The notes below the pieces were generated by a model. The model had not been told where the DNA came from. It ran no database searches and worked only from the letters and a program-made list of their open reading frames with translations. Positions 30,673 through 40,860 of a stretch of 49,306 nt of DNA are shown here, in pieces (position 1 is the stretch's first letter; every line of letters begins with the position of its first letter). Origin of the DNA: a virus. The DNA lies in the IMG/VR virus record IMGVR_UViG_2654587756_000001; one strand, given 5' to 3'. Both the position numbers and the translations under genes were made by a program.

Positions 30673-31506
30673 TTATTCATAGGGAATATAAGTCAAATTA
30701 AAACTTGAATTATCTTTAATCATTCTATAAACGGGAATGTTCCTTAGTTCACATAATTTTTTGATAAAATATGCATCTCTCTCATCAATTTTATAACCTA
30801 AATAAACATTTTTCGGTGTTAAAAATTTGATATAGGGTTTGTTGTTGTACCATTTAATTTCAAATAATTTCCCTGGATTTTTAAGCATAATTATTCTCCA
30901 TTCTTGTTCATATTCCCATTCAATAGATTTATTGGTAAATGTTTCAATGGCTAATTTTCCTTTGTCTGCGCCATCAAATATTTTAGGCAAAATTTCTTTA
31001 TTTCTTTTTTCTGTAACATAAGCAATTGGGAAAAGAATTTGTTTTAATTTTTTATCATATTCTTTATCATTTTTAAAATCATACTCAACACAAATTCCTT
31101 TATGTTCTCCACCATAATGATGCCACATTGGAGTAATATCGTTTCTCTCACTGAAACAAGCAATATAAATTAAATCTTTCATATATTTATTAGCTTCATA
31201 AAAATTGTTTTTGATATCATTTTTATCTAACATAGGGTTTTTTATAGGGTTATTATAAAATTCATCCAAGTCATATAATAAATCCCCTTCAAACGGATCA
31301 TTTAAATCTTTAATTTCTCGTAGATACATTAAATCATCTAAAATTAATGTTTTTGCATGTTTAACGCGAGTATATTGGAAAATTTTTGTTAAGTGCTGAT
31401 TTTTACAATCAAGCCATTTTTGTTCATCATCAACTTCAATTTTAAAATAATTATCAAAAAATTTATTCCGCCAGTTATTGTCATCCATAGTTAAACATTT
31501 ATTCAT
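30673..31506 (-). CDS. DUF2971 family protein
   Basis: LNDPFEG, ACFSE...MWHHYGG.HKGICVEY, KSIEWEYEQEWR. Confidence 0.88.
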   Translation of the reverse strand: MNKCLTMDDNNWRNKFFDNYFKIEVDDEQKWLDCKNQHLTKIFQYTRVKHAKTLILDDLMYLREIKDLNDPFEGDLLYDLDEFYNNPIKNPMLDKNDIKNNFYEANKYMKDLIYIACFSERNDITPMWHHYGGEHKGICVEYDFKNDKEYDKKLKQILFPIAYVTEKRNKEILPKIFDGADKGKLAIETFTNKSIEWEYEQEWRIIMLKNPGKLFEIKWYNNKPYIKFLTPKNVYLGYKIDERDAYFIKKLCELRNIPVYRMIKDNSSFNLTYIPYE

Positions 31507-31710
31507 TGTTCTATTTATTTTATTTCTTATTAATGCATAATTTATTTATTATTCAGAGATAAAATTGTTATTATGTGTTATAATAATGAATTCATTAAAG
31601 AAATTGAAATTAATAATTATGATGATTTAGTTAAGAGTATCCAAGGAAAATCTAAGAAATGTGATAATCTTCGTGATAAATTTATATTTTAATAAATTAT
31701 ATAATGTTTT

Positions 31711-32307
31711 ATGAGTGAGTTAAAACAGATTGTTTTGAGTGTATTTAGTGGTGTTGTCTCTTCATTTATTTATAGTATTATTTTAGTATTTTTTGGATTT
31801 CTAAGTAATGGAAATGATGTGAGTATTAATTCCTTTTTAAAAATTTTAATTAATAATTGGTTTGTTTTATTATTAATATTTCTAGTAATTGCAGGCATTA
31901 TTTATCAAAGATTTAGAATGATTGAAAAATGTTATATTCAGGAATATCAAAGTGATTTCCCTGTTGTTGAAAGGAAATCAATTTGTTCATCAAATTTAGT
32001 TTGGAGAGTTATTATTCAAGATAATAATCATGCAATAAATTCACCTTATTTTACTTATAATTTAATTGGTCCTTTTTGTTCCAATATGTTTGAAGATGAT
32101 GTATGTTTAACTCCTCTTAAAATAAAAAATAGATTTTTATTTTATGAATTAAAATGTCCTTCATGTAATAAGAGATATTTTAAATTTAAAAGTTTAACAT
32201 GTTATAAAAAGGATATCGAGTTGAAAATTTATCCTTATTTAATTAAAAATAAAATTTCAACTTCAGAACAGTTTATTAAATTTATAAAAAATAATAGGCA
32301 CTTCTAA
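31711..32307 (+). CDS. Two-TM plus Zn-ribbon protein, probable distant homologue of 24494
   Basis: Two TM helices, LVWRVII, GPFC...CLTPL...LKCPSC. Confidence 0.6.
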   Translation: MSELKQIVLSVFSGVVSSFIYSIILVFFGFLSNGNDVSINSFLKILINNWFVLLLIFLVIAGIIYQRFRMIEKCYIQEYQSDFPVVERKSICSSNLVWRVIIQDNNHAINSPYFTYNLIGPFCSNMFEDDVCLTPLKIKNRFLFYELKCPSCNKRYFKFKSLTCYKKDIELKIYPYLIKNKISTSEQFIKFIKNNRHF

Positions 32308-32405
32308 ATTTTTTAAAAGAGTTTTTTTTGATGTTTTAAAACAAATAGTTTGGGATAGATAATATATCTAAAAATTTTTATTTTGCATATGATAAATATT
32401 AGTTT

Positions 32406-32816
32406 ATGATTAGCGATTATAAATGTCCTAACTTCGAATTCAACACCATTGTAGATGAATTCGGCACTGAAAAAATATTTTTCAAAGCAGATAATGCAAA
32501 GCTCATTTTCAGTGATTATGAAATATATGATATTTCAGATGTTAGATTATATGTTTTGGATGATATTAAAGTTGATTTCAAATCAGATGTGAGGATAGAA
32601 AAGGACTATACTGAGTTCAATATTGTCTTTGAATCATCTGATGGTTGGTTAGTCAATATTGAAAAATGTTATTTCACATATTTTCAAAATATGTATCCAG
32701 TCTCTGCAGAGGGCCTTAAGGTAATACTTACTAAAGGAAAATCCAGTAATAATGCTCCAATAAGGTATTATAAATTCATTGAAAATTTAAATTTTTTGTT
32801 AATCTTAAAAAAGTAG
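32406..32816 (+). CDS. Hypothetical protein, possibly 3'-truncated
   Basis: 136 aa beta-rich ORF that ends in the AT-rich promoter region of 32888. Confidence 0.45.
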   Translation: MISDYKCPNFEFNTIVDEFGTEKIFFKADNAKLIFSDYEIYDISDVRLYVLDDIKVDFKSDVRIEKDYTEFNIVFESSDGWLVNIEKCYFTYFQNMYPVSAEGLKVILTKGKSSNNAPIRYYKFIENLNFLLILKK

Positions 32817-32887
32817 CTATTATATATAAATATTTATATATTAAAAATAATAAATTAAATAATAAAAATAGGTGGAGGACATTATTA

Positions 32888-33367
32888 ATGGCAGATTCTA
32901 TTATTTTACTTGAAGAAAGAAAAGAAGTCACAACTTTCTTATTGGATGAAGGTACAATTACTGCAACCACCGTAACAACTCCAACTGGAGAAACACCGGG
33001 TTATGAATACTCAGGAATCAAAGTTAAAGTTGATGATGCTGTAACTTTATCTGCAAACTCAGATATTGGAAAACCTACAGTTAAAAAATATACTGATGAA
33101 GAAAATGAAATCATCTTGGGTGTTGCAGTTAACGACCCAGTAACCATGACTGGAGGGAAAAGAAAAACCGCAATATTGGTATTGGGACATTTATTCAGAT
33201 TAAAATTAGCATCAGGATTGTCAAACATTAAAGTTAACGACAGAATAGCTTTAAGCAGCACAGGAGCTATCAAATCTGATGACGGCGAATATATTGCAAT
33301 GCATCCTGTAGCTAGTTCTGACGATTACAAATACATTGAAGTATTCAGACCTTACGACATAACTTAG
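32888..33367 (+). CDS. Putative capsid decoration/cement protein
   Basis: 159 aa, beta-rich, directly upstream of the MCP genes, strong GGTGGAGG RBS. Confidence 0.6.
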   Translation: MADSIILLEERKEVTTFLLDEGTITATTVTTPTGETPGYEYSGIKVKVDDAVTLSANSDIGKPTVKKYTDEENEIILGVAVNDPVTMTGGKRKTAILVLGHLFRLKLASGLSNIKVNDRIALSSTGAIKSDDGEYIAMHPVASSDDYKYIEVFRPYDIT

Positions 33368-33378
33368 GTGAAAATGAC

Positions 33379-34317
33379 ATGATTACAAAAGGAAATGATA
33401 CTAAAGTACAAAATGAAGTAATAGCTCAAACTATTACTGATGAAACTGCAAAAAGATTGAAGTTGGCTAGATTGTTTCCTAAACAAGAAATTAAAGAGAA
33501 CTCCGATTATTATACTTATTTCAGACAGAACATTAATCTTGATGAAGCTATTAAAAAAGGTTTACTTGGAGAGGCTAAAGACATTGCTCCTGGTGCATCC
33601 TTGCAAGAGTTAAACATCAGAAAACCAGTAACAGACACAATTTCTATTGATACTGTTGGTGGGGTCTTAAATGTTAATAAAGACATTTTTGACAGCGATA
33701 TTGTTTCATTTGAAGATTTATTAGGTGATGTAGCTACTGTTATTGCAAATCGTATTGAATATAACATTTACGATACATTATTAAGCTCACCAAACGTTCC
33801 TGTATACAATACCACTCAAACTGAAGATACCATGGAAGCATACGGCCAGTTCATCCTCAAAGCACAGGAAGCTTTCAAAGGCAATGCCGGTTCAGGAGCA
33901 GACTTAACAATAATGGCCGAGTCTTACAAAACATTATCATACGTTAAACAATTAGCTTACAGTTCCAACAAGTTAGTTCAACCTGTAGAAGACATCAAAG
34001 AATATTACGGTATTGATAATATAGATCTTTTAGGAACAACTCAGGCTGATGGCGGATCATTAGTTGGAGATAAAGAATATATCGGATTTGATTTAAGAAA
34101 CGCTCCATTAACTGTATTGTATTCCAAATCTTCAGGAACAACTACTGCACCAATTACAAGTGATGAAAACATTGCAGACTTTTATCCAATCATTGAAATC
34201 ATGAGAAAAGACATTTACGATGAGTTACCTCAATATACAAAATTGTTCATCCAAAGTAAAGTCGGAATATTATTAAATAAACCTGGACTTGCCTTGAAAG
34301 GTACTTGCAGACCATAA
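33379..34317 (+). CDS. HK97-fold major capsid protein, copy 1
   Basis: E-loop-like KDIAPGASL...TISIDTVGG followed by spine-helix-like FEDLLGDVATVIANRIEYNIYDTL; 312 aa. Confidence 0.8.
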   Translation: MITKGNDTKVQNEVIAQTITDETAKRLKLARLFPKQEIKENSDYYTYFRQNINLDEAIKKGLLGEAKDIAPGASLQELNIRKPVTDTISIDTVGGVLNVNKDIFDSDIVSFEDLLGDVATVIANRIEYNIYDTLLSSPNVPVYNTTQTEDTMEAYGQFILKAQEAFKGNAGSGADLTIMAESYKTLSYVKQLAYSSNKLVQPVEDIKEYYGIDNIDLLGTTQADGGSLVGDKEYIGFDLRNAPLTVLYSKSSGTTTAPITSDENIADFYPIIEIMRKDIYDELPQYTKLFIQSKVGILLNKPGLALKGTCRP

Positions 34318-34331
34318 AGGAGTGATTGTTA

Positions 34332-35258
34332 ATGTTAACCAAAGGAAATGATTCTAAAGTACAAAATGAAGTAATGGCACAGATAGTTGCAGACACTTCA
34401 GCAAAATGGATGAAATTCACCAGATTACTTCCAAAGCAAGAAATAGAAGAAAACTCACAATACTATACCTATATGTCACAAAGAGTTAATATCGAGGAAG
34501 CTATTCAATCCGGCGTGCTTGGTGAGGCCAAAGATATTGCTCCTGGCGCAACCCTTCAGGAATTAAACGTCAGAAAACCAATCAGCGAAACAATATCAAT
34601 TGATACCATTGGGGGTGTCTTGAATGTTTCCGCACAGATGTTAGATTCCAATTTAATCTCCGTTAATGACATGTTACAGGACGTTGGAATTCTCATCGGA
34701 AGAAGCATTGAAAGGGCAGCTATTGACATGATAATGAATTCATCCAAAGTAGCTACCTATGACTTTGAATCTGGTGATGATACTGGTATGACCATTCTTA
34801 AAGCTCAAGAAAAATTCAAAGAATCAGCAGGAAGTTTCACCAACTTAAACTCAATGGCTGTTAGTTATAAATCATTAACAACATTGAAATCAGACATATT
34901 CTCAAGCAACAGACAAGTCGAACCGGTAGAATTAATCAAAAGCTATTATGGTGTGGATAACATTGATATCTTAGGTACTGCTGTCTGTGATGGCGGTTCT
35001 GAAATGGGTGACAAAACCTACATCGGTATGGACTACATTAACTCTGGAATGAAATTGCTATACTCCAGAACTACAGGAACAACCGTTGCTCCTTTAGGAC
35101 CTGACGGTGAGATGTATGATTTCTATCCATTAATAGAATTCATGAGAAAAGACATTCGTGATGAATTGCCAATGTATACAAAGCTATTCATACTTTCAAG
35201 TGTAGGGGTGTTAATGAACGCACCAAACAGAATTATCAAAGGTGAATTTAGAGCATAG
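34332..35258 (+). CDS. HK97-fold major capsid protein, copy 2
   Basis: Colinear paralogue of copy 1 (37 of the first 60 residues identical by hand count). Confidence 0.8.
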   Translation: MLTKGNDSKVQNEVMAQIVADTSAKWMKFTRLLPKQEIEENSQYYTYMSQRVNIEEAIQSGVLGEAKDIAPGATLQELNVRKPISETISIDTIGGVLNVSAQMLDSNLISVNDMLQDVGILIGRSIERAAIDMIMNSSKVATYDFESGDDTGMTILKAQEKFKESAGSFTNLNSMAVSYKSLTTLKSDIFSSNRQVEPVELIKSYYGVDNIDILGTAVCDGGSEMGDKTYIGMDYINSGMKLLYSRTTGTTVAPLGPDGEMYDFYPLIEFMRKDIRDELPMYTKLFILSSVGVLMNAPNRIIKGEFRA

Positions 35259-35286
35259 AACCATAATTTAATCTCCTAAATATTGG

Positions 35287-35445
35287 TCCTTTCGTAAAGA
35301 GAGCGTGTAGGGATTAAAGAATATTAAATCTCTAAAAGGATTGGTAGTGAAGTTTTACAATTGCTTTTTCTTCACTAACATCTTCTGCTAAGAGTTTAAT
35401 AACTCCAAATTCCTTGACAAGCTGGGACTGACCCTCTCCCAGCTT
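35287..35445. other. Cluster of stem-loops downstream of the MCP genes
   Basis: tagtgaag/cttcacta (35345-35377), aagctggga/tcccagctt (35419-35445), plus tcctt/aagga and tagggatt/aatctcta pairings. Confidence 0.5.
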
Positions 35446-35494
35446 CAACTATTTATTTAAGAAATGGCCATATTATATAAATGAGGCTATAAAA

Positions 35495-35917
35495 ATGAAA
35501 TTAATTATAGATAGTGAAAATTCACATCCAACAACAATAACAGTTAAAGGAAAAGAAATAACATTGCTGTTAATAGAATCCAGTATCTTAATTGATTCAT
35601 CACAAATAGCTAAGCTATTCGACAAGAAAGAAAAAACAGTAGCCACTAAAGTGCAGAAATCCAAACTGGAGAAATATGAAACTGATAATGTAAAAATATT
35701 AAAGAATTACGGACTGATGAATCCTGATGCAATTAAACCAAGACCATTCTATGATTTAAGACAAATCCTTCAAGGACCAGCTTATTATTACTTCAAAAGA
35801 GAAGATGAAGTTAATCTAATTGAAGTTATCATTAGGGTAGCTATTGGAAAACATCGTGAATGGATTCATAACAGAAATATTGATAATAAGTATTTGTTTG
35901 AAACGAATCTTTTCTAA
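35495..35917 (+). CDS. Hypothetical protein, possibly antirepressor-like DNA-binding
   Basis: ILIDSSQIAKLFDKKEK...RPFYDL weakly resembles ORF6N/KilA-type domains. Confidence 0.35.
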   Translation: MKLIIDSENSHPTTITVKGKEITLLLIESSILIDSSQIAKLFDKKEKTVATKVQKSKLEKYETDNVKILKNYGLMNPDAIKPRPFYDLRQILQGPAYYYFKREDEVNLIEVIIRVAIGKHREWIHNRNIDNKYLFETNLF

Positions 35918-35974
35918 GAAATTATAAAAAAGAATAGTCAAAAAAGTTAAATTAAGAGACATATATAATAATTT

Positions 35975-36676
35975 TTGATAAATATGCAAATCGGAGATTA
36001 TGTCATTAAACCAACTTCAAACAGTGCAGAAAAGAAATTGATAGAATTTATCAAATTTAATGGTTTTAACCATGCTTTAAAATTTGAAAATTCTCATACA
36101 ATAGATAACCGGTTATTAGTAATAAATGTTATTCGTAAAACATATTTTTACATTGATAAGCATAATTTAAGTTCAAATCTAATTAATGAAAAAACTTTTT
36201 ATGAAAATGTCAATTATTATCCTAAAGGAAAAATAATGCACAAAAAAATATTTACAAAGGATGATAATTTACTCTATGAAGGATACACAATTAACAATAA
36301 ACCTTTTGGATTTGGAATATTATATTATTCCAATGGTAATAAATATTGGGAAGGCATATTTGATTATAAAGGAATAATTCAAGGAAAAGAATATTATTCG
36401 AATGGTAAATTAAGATTTGAAGGAATCTGGAAAGTAACCTCAGGATATTGTAAAGACACTCCTGAAAGAGGTAATCTTTTTAATAAGGAGGGTGAATTAA
36501 TATTTTCAGGTAAATTTGAATTAAAACGTGGTGGGGTAGGATACCTAATGGTAAAACATCCGAAAATTTATTATGAATTGGAAGAAGATTCTCCGAAAAT
36601 AGAATTTGTATGGGCTTATGATTTAAAAGAATGTGGAGTTAAAAGCAATTATCCTTGGTTAAATGATGATATTTGA
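35975..36676 (+). CDS. MORN-variant repeat protein
   Basis: Repeated YEG...GxGxLYYSNG.KYWEG / GKEYYSNGKLRFEG. Confidence 0.7.
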   Translation: MINMQIGDYVIKPTSNSAEKKLIEFIKFNGFNHALKFENSHTIDNRLLVINVIRKTYFYIDKHNLSSNLINEKTFYENVNYYPKGKIMHKKIFTKDDNLLYEGYTINNKPFGFGILYYSNGNKYWEGIFDYKGIIQGKEYYSNGKLRFEGIWKVTSGYCKDTPERGNLFNKEGELIFSGKFELKRGGVGYLMVKHPKIYYELEEDSPKIEFVWAYDLKECGVKSNYPWLNDDI

Positions 36677-36864
36677 AGATTAAAATTCTTTATAATTTTT
36701 GACTTGGATTGTTCCCATAATATATTAATATTTTTTTAAAACATATTGAGTTTATCTGTAGGTTCCTTTTTTGTTTCTATTTTCAACTTCACGATTCTTT
36801 ATATTTAATAATACATTTATTTTTTTCAACAAATATAATAGCTATGATATATAAATAATATAAT

Positions 36865-37683
36865 ATGTTAGATAATAAAAATAATAATATTAGTTGGACA
36901 AGTTTTTGCCAAGCCATGAACTCAATTGCATTCTGGTTAATCCAGAACAAAAAGAACTACAAAAAACGTGATTACTATCAGGTACTTAATTTAAATGGTA
37001 GCTGTAGTGAAATTGAAAAGAAAGCGAAAAAATTAGGTGAAGATAATTTAGTTGTAATGTATACGATGGCATTAATCAAAGATAATACATCCCTAGACTT
37101 CCTTCCAAACTTTGTAACTTTAAAAAACGGAGAACAATTAGACAAAGCAGAGTACGTGGATATGGCAATAAGAGTTGAAGCATTCATTAAAGCAAATGGA
37201 AGATACCCTGCTATTGTATATAGAATTTCAAAACTTCCAGATTACAATGACTCAACAATGCAGCTATTCATCAAAACATTTAATTATAAAGGAAACACAA
37301 TTGATGAAGCTTTAGCTATTATAGCAAAGAAGAAATTATACAGCAAATACTTTGATTCTCAAAAAACAGACAAGAAAACAATTAATGATGCAAGTAATGG
37401 TAAAGGTTCCAATTGTGTGGACTGGGGACAAGTTTTTTATAGAGTAGCTAAATATTTAGGTTATGATGTCCAGTTTGTCCATGTTAAATGTAGAGTTTCT
37501 GGAACTGGCCATATAAGGTTAAGATTGAAACATTCAAAACATACTGAAGGTAATTGGATTATTCGTGATCCCGCTGCAGTAGCAGATACAACTTCAGGAA
37601 ATGTCAGAGAAATGTGGTGTGAAGATGGATATCTAATAGCATATGATCCTTCATGGATTTTCACAGATTTGTACAGTAGTTAA
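36865..37683 (+). CDS. pei: Pseudomurein endoisopeptidase (PeiW/PeiP-like endolysin)
   Basis: Pseudomurein-binding repeat YVDMAIRVEAFIKANGRYP; catalytic triad NCVDW / GHIRL / IRDPA. Confidence 0.9.
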   Translation: MLDNKNNNISWTSFCQAMNSIAFWLIQNKKNYKKRDYYQVLNLNGSCSEIEKKAKKLGEDNLVVMYTMALIKDNTSLDFLPNFVTLKNGEQLDKAEYVDMAIRVEAFIKANGRYPAIVYRISKLPDYNDSTMQLFIKTFNYKGNTIDEALAIIAKKKLYSKYFDSQKTDKKTINDASNGKGSNCVDWGQVFYRVAKYLGYDVQFVHVKCRVSGTGHIRLRLKHSKHTEGNWIIRDPAAVADTTSGNVREMWCEDGYLIAYDPSWIFTDLYSS

Positions 37684-37823
37684 CATAAATGTTAACATCT
37701 TTTCATTTTTTAACATTAACATCCGGGCTTGATTTCAAAAGTTACTTTTCAACTGTTTAATATATTAAGAATCATCTTCATAGATATTAACAATATTCAA
37801 TATAAACTAATAATCATGAAGTT

Positions 37824-38639
37824 ATGGTTTTGTTATTAAAGAGCTGTGTTAAAATGTCTAATCTTAAAACAAGTGAAGAAATTAAAAAACAGGAATTTAA
37901 GGATTTGCTATGGAATAAAAAATACTTTAAAGCATTAGATTTCTTTAAAACAAATAAGAATGGTGTAATTTTCGATAAATGGGATGTTCATTATCTAGCA
38001 GAAGGAATGTATAAATTAGAATGTTATAAAGAATCTTATGAGCTTCATGAAATGCTTTTTAAAAATGAACCTAATCAATTAGAGATTAATTTTTATGAAC
38101 GATTAAATGAATCTTGGATTAAAATTAATGAAATGGACTATGATAAGTATTGTGAATGTTTTTATAGTAATTATGTGGATGAAACACCTAAAGAAACTAT
38201 AAAATATTGTCCAAAATGTGGAAATAAACTTACAATAGTTCTCTATGGTTATATTAATATTGGTGAAGATGGTCTTGGTGAAGACTATATTTTAGGAGGA
38301 TGCATAGTTGATGATTTTAATACCCTAAAAATTTGTAAAAAATGTGGAGCAAAATTTAATAAATATGATTTATATGGTCCTAATTTAGAAAAAATAAGAT
38401 CAGAAATACTTACAAAAGAAGAAAGTGCTAAGATAAATAGTATATATGTAGAATTAAAAGATCAGGAGACTCATGGAAGCTTACCAATTCATTTATTAAA
38501 ATATCTCTTTAAAAATAAATTTGGGATAAATGATTTTGAAAAAATAATTGATAAATTAAAACTTGCAGGGTATTTATATAACCCTATTGAAGGTTATATT
38601 AAAATAAAAAAGGATAATTGGGAGGTTGTGAAAGAATGA
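37824..38639 (+). CDS. Hypothetical Zn-ribbon protein
   Basis: CPKCG..LTIVLYG...LGGCIV...CKKCG; possible C-terminal wHTH. Confidence 0.65.
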   Translation: MVLLLKSCVKMSNLKTSEEIKKQEFKDLLWNKKYFKALDFFKTNKNGVIFDKWDVHYLAEGMYKLECYKESYELHEMLFKNEPNQLEINFYERLNESWIKINEMDYDKYCECFYSNYVDETPKETIKYCPKCGNKLTIVLYGYINIGEDGLGEDYILGGCIVDDFNTLKICKKCGAKFNKYDLYGPNLEKIRSEILTKEESAKINSIYVELKDQETHGSLPIHLLKYLFKNKFGINDFEKIIDKLKLAGYLYNPIEGYIKIKKDNWEVVKE

Positions 38640-39136
38640 TTGAAAAAATCTTTAATTGGCTAGGTTTAACTGAAGACGATTATTATATTGATGATGAATG
38701 CGAAAATGATAGATTTCTAATAAATCATTATGGTATTTTAATTGATAAGAAAAAGAAAAATGCATATTTCAAATTGAATCCATTAAGGTATGAAATAATG
38801 AAAGATTTTCCTAATCACGTAGTTGATAAAATCACAGATAGTGTAGCATTTAGAAAAATTGATTACACACGATTTGAATTAACGAATGATAATAAAATTT
38901 TAGATAAAATAACTAATAAAGAATATGATGATTTGGAAGAAATTGTATTATTGTTAAATTCCCAAAATCAGTTTATAGACAATATGAAAGATATTATTGA
39001 TGATCATATCCAATCAGCTAATCGTAATGCTCGTTATGCATCAGAAGTTGGTGACACAGAAGAAATGGATATGCATTTATTCTATAGAAAACAATTCAAA
39101 AAAATTAGAAAAGAATACAAAAAACTTATTCCATAA
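38636..39136 (+). CDS. Hypothetical protein
   Basis: ATGA overlap with upstream stop; GGAGG RBS. Confidence 0.65.
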   Translation: MIEKIFNWLGLTEDDYYIDDECENDRFLINHYGILIDKKKKNAYFKLNPLRYEIMKDFPNHVVDKITDSVAFRKIDYTRFELTNDNKILDKITNKEYDDLEEIVLLLNSQNQFIDNMKDIIDDHIQSANRNARYASEVGDTEEMDMHLFYRKQFKKIRKEYKKLIP

Positions 39137-39451
39137 ATTTATTCATTTTATATCCAAATAATCATTATTAAATCAAATAGAAAAATTATCTGTTCGTAAC
39201 ATTCATGGATAGTATAATTATTCAAATTATTTTCTAAAAACGCTTCATAATCGTAGTTTAAAATATTATTAGAATTTTAAAAACTCTATGTTAATGCTAC
39301 GTGATATTCTCAAAATCAAAAAATAAAATGTTTAATTTTAATTAACACTAACATTAAATATTATAACAAGGAATATGGGTTGAAATGTTGAATTGTTTAC
39401 ATTTAAAAATTCAAAAATAAAATATGATTTATATTCTAGGAGAATTTTATT

Positions 39452-40066
39452 ATGGGTAAAAAGGAAGATATTTTAATTGGAAATGTTATTTTTTCAAATA
39501 AATGGTATTCTGAAAATTGGTTATTTAAAAATAATTGTGGGAATATTACATTCGCACCAGTATTTAAAAGATGGATTTTCCAATCTGGAGATAGATTTAA
39601 TGATTATGCATATAATAGTAAATTATTTAATTCCATTAAAGAAAATCATGAATCTATTGAGATGAATGTTCAATTAAATTACAATAAACATAATAAAGAA
39701 ATTAAAATAGACAATGATTTAAACCTGAAAATTAACCCTGATGTAATTAATAGTTCTTATCATAAGATATTATTTAAACATGAAAATATTGAAGAAATTT
39801 GGTTTTATCATATTTATCATTCAAATATATGGTTTATTGATATTTTAGAACCATTTTCCGATTTGAATAATATAATAAATTCTTCTTCAATGGAATTATT
39901 GGTTAATGAGATATATTTTGATGTTCTGAAAAATATTTTTGATTCGTATGGGTTCAATGCTTCAAGTAATCTTTCTGAAGGTATGAAAAGACTTGCTGAG
40001 TATTCAGAGAAACAATTTTCATTTAAATATTATAATGGAGTAATTATGAATTTAAATCCAAAATAA
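39452..40066 (+). CDS. Hypothetical AT-rich cargo protein
   Basis: 204 aa ORF with AGGAG RBS. Confidence 0.6.
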   Translation: MGKKEDILIGNVIFSNKWYSENWLFKNNCGNITFAPVFKRWIFQSGDRFNDYAYNSKLFNSIKENHESIEMNVQLNYNKHNKEIKIDNDLNLKINPDVINSSYHKILFKHENIEEIWFYHIYHSNIWFIDILEPFSDLNNIINSSSMELLVNEIYFDVLKNIFDSYGFNASSNLSEGMKRLAEYSEKQFSFKYYNGVIMNLNPK

Positions 40067-40264
40067 TTCTTTATTAAAGTCCCGTAATTTAATTTTTTTC
40101 ATCGTGTGAACTTATTTTTTTAATTATAATTTTAAACTCCTATTCGTTGGATAAAATGAATTGTTGAATTTTAATATATAATTTTTAAATTCAAATAATG
40201 ATACTTTTATATAAAAGTAATAATAAAATATTATATTAATTATTATATACGGGTTGTAATAAAT

Positions 40265-40462
40265 ATGGCCAATATAAATAATACCTCATCCTATATGGAT
40301 GAAGACAAAAAGCAAATAATTAAAGAGTCTAATTATACTTATAGGGATGCTCTTGAAGTTTCAGCTTATCTCATTGAAGTTGGCAAGTTCGAAAGATTCT
40401 ACAAAGAAATGCAAATCCACGATCTTCAAAAGGAACTTGACGAAATGGAAGATGACGAATAA
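40265..40462 (+). CDS. Small RHH-like protein, paralogue of 40597
   Basis: NTSSYMDEDKKQIIKESNYTYRDALEVSAYLIEVG. Confidence 0.55.
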   Translation: MANINNTSSYMDEDKKQIIKESNYTYRDALEVSAYLIEVGKFERFYKEMQIHDLQKELDEMEDDE

Positions 40463-40596
40463 CTTCAAAAAATATATCTCTCGTATATAACTCTTAAAAG
40501 AAAACTATTTTTCATAAGCAAAAGTAATATTTATTATTACTTTTATATTTTTTTATAATAAAATTTTATATATAATACATAATAAATTAATATATT

Positions 40597-40845
40597 ATGT
40601 TACTTGAAAAAACAAACATCAGTGCAAGAGTTGAAATAACACTCAAAAAAATAGTTGAAGATTCTACTTTTACCCACAAGGATGCATATGAACTTGGAGC
40701 TATGCTAATAGCTATTGGAGATGCAGAAAAGACAATAACACAAATACATAAAAATCCTAATTATGAAAAAATTATAAAACAAAGGGAATACAGATTAATC
40801 GAAGCAAGAAAAAAGGAACTTGAAAGAGAATTAAGAGATTTATAG
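40597..40845 (+). CDS. Small RHH-like protein, paralogue of 40265
   Basis: TNISARVEITLKKIVEDSTFTHKDAYELGAMLIAIG plus coiled coil. Confidence 0.6.
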   Translation: MLLEKTNISARVEITLKKIVEDSTFTHKDAYELGAMLIAIGDAEKTITQIHKNPNYEKIIKQREYRLIEARKKELERELRDL

Positions 40846-40860
40846 GAGGGACTAAACCCT

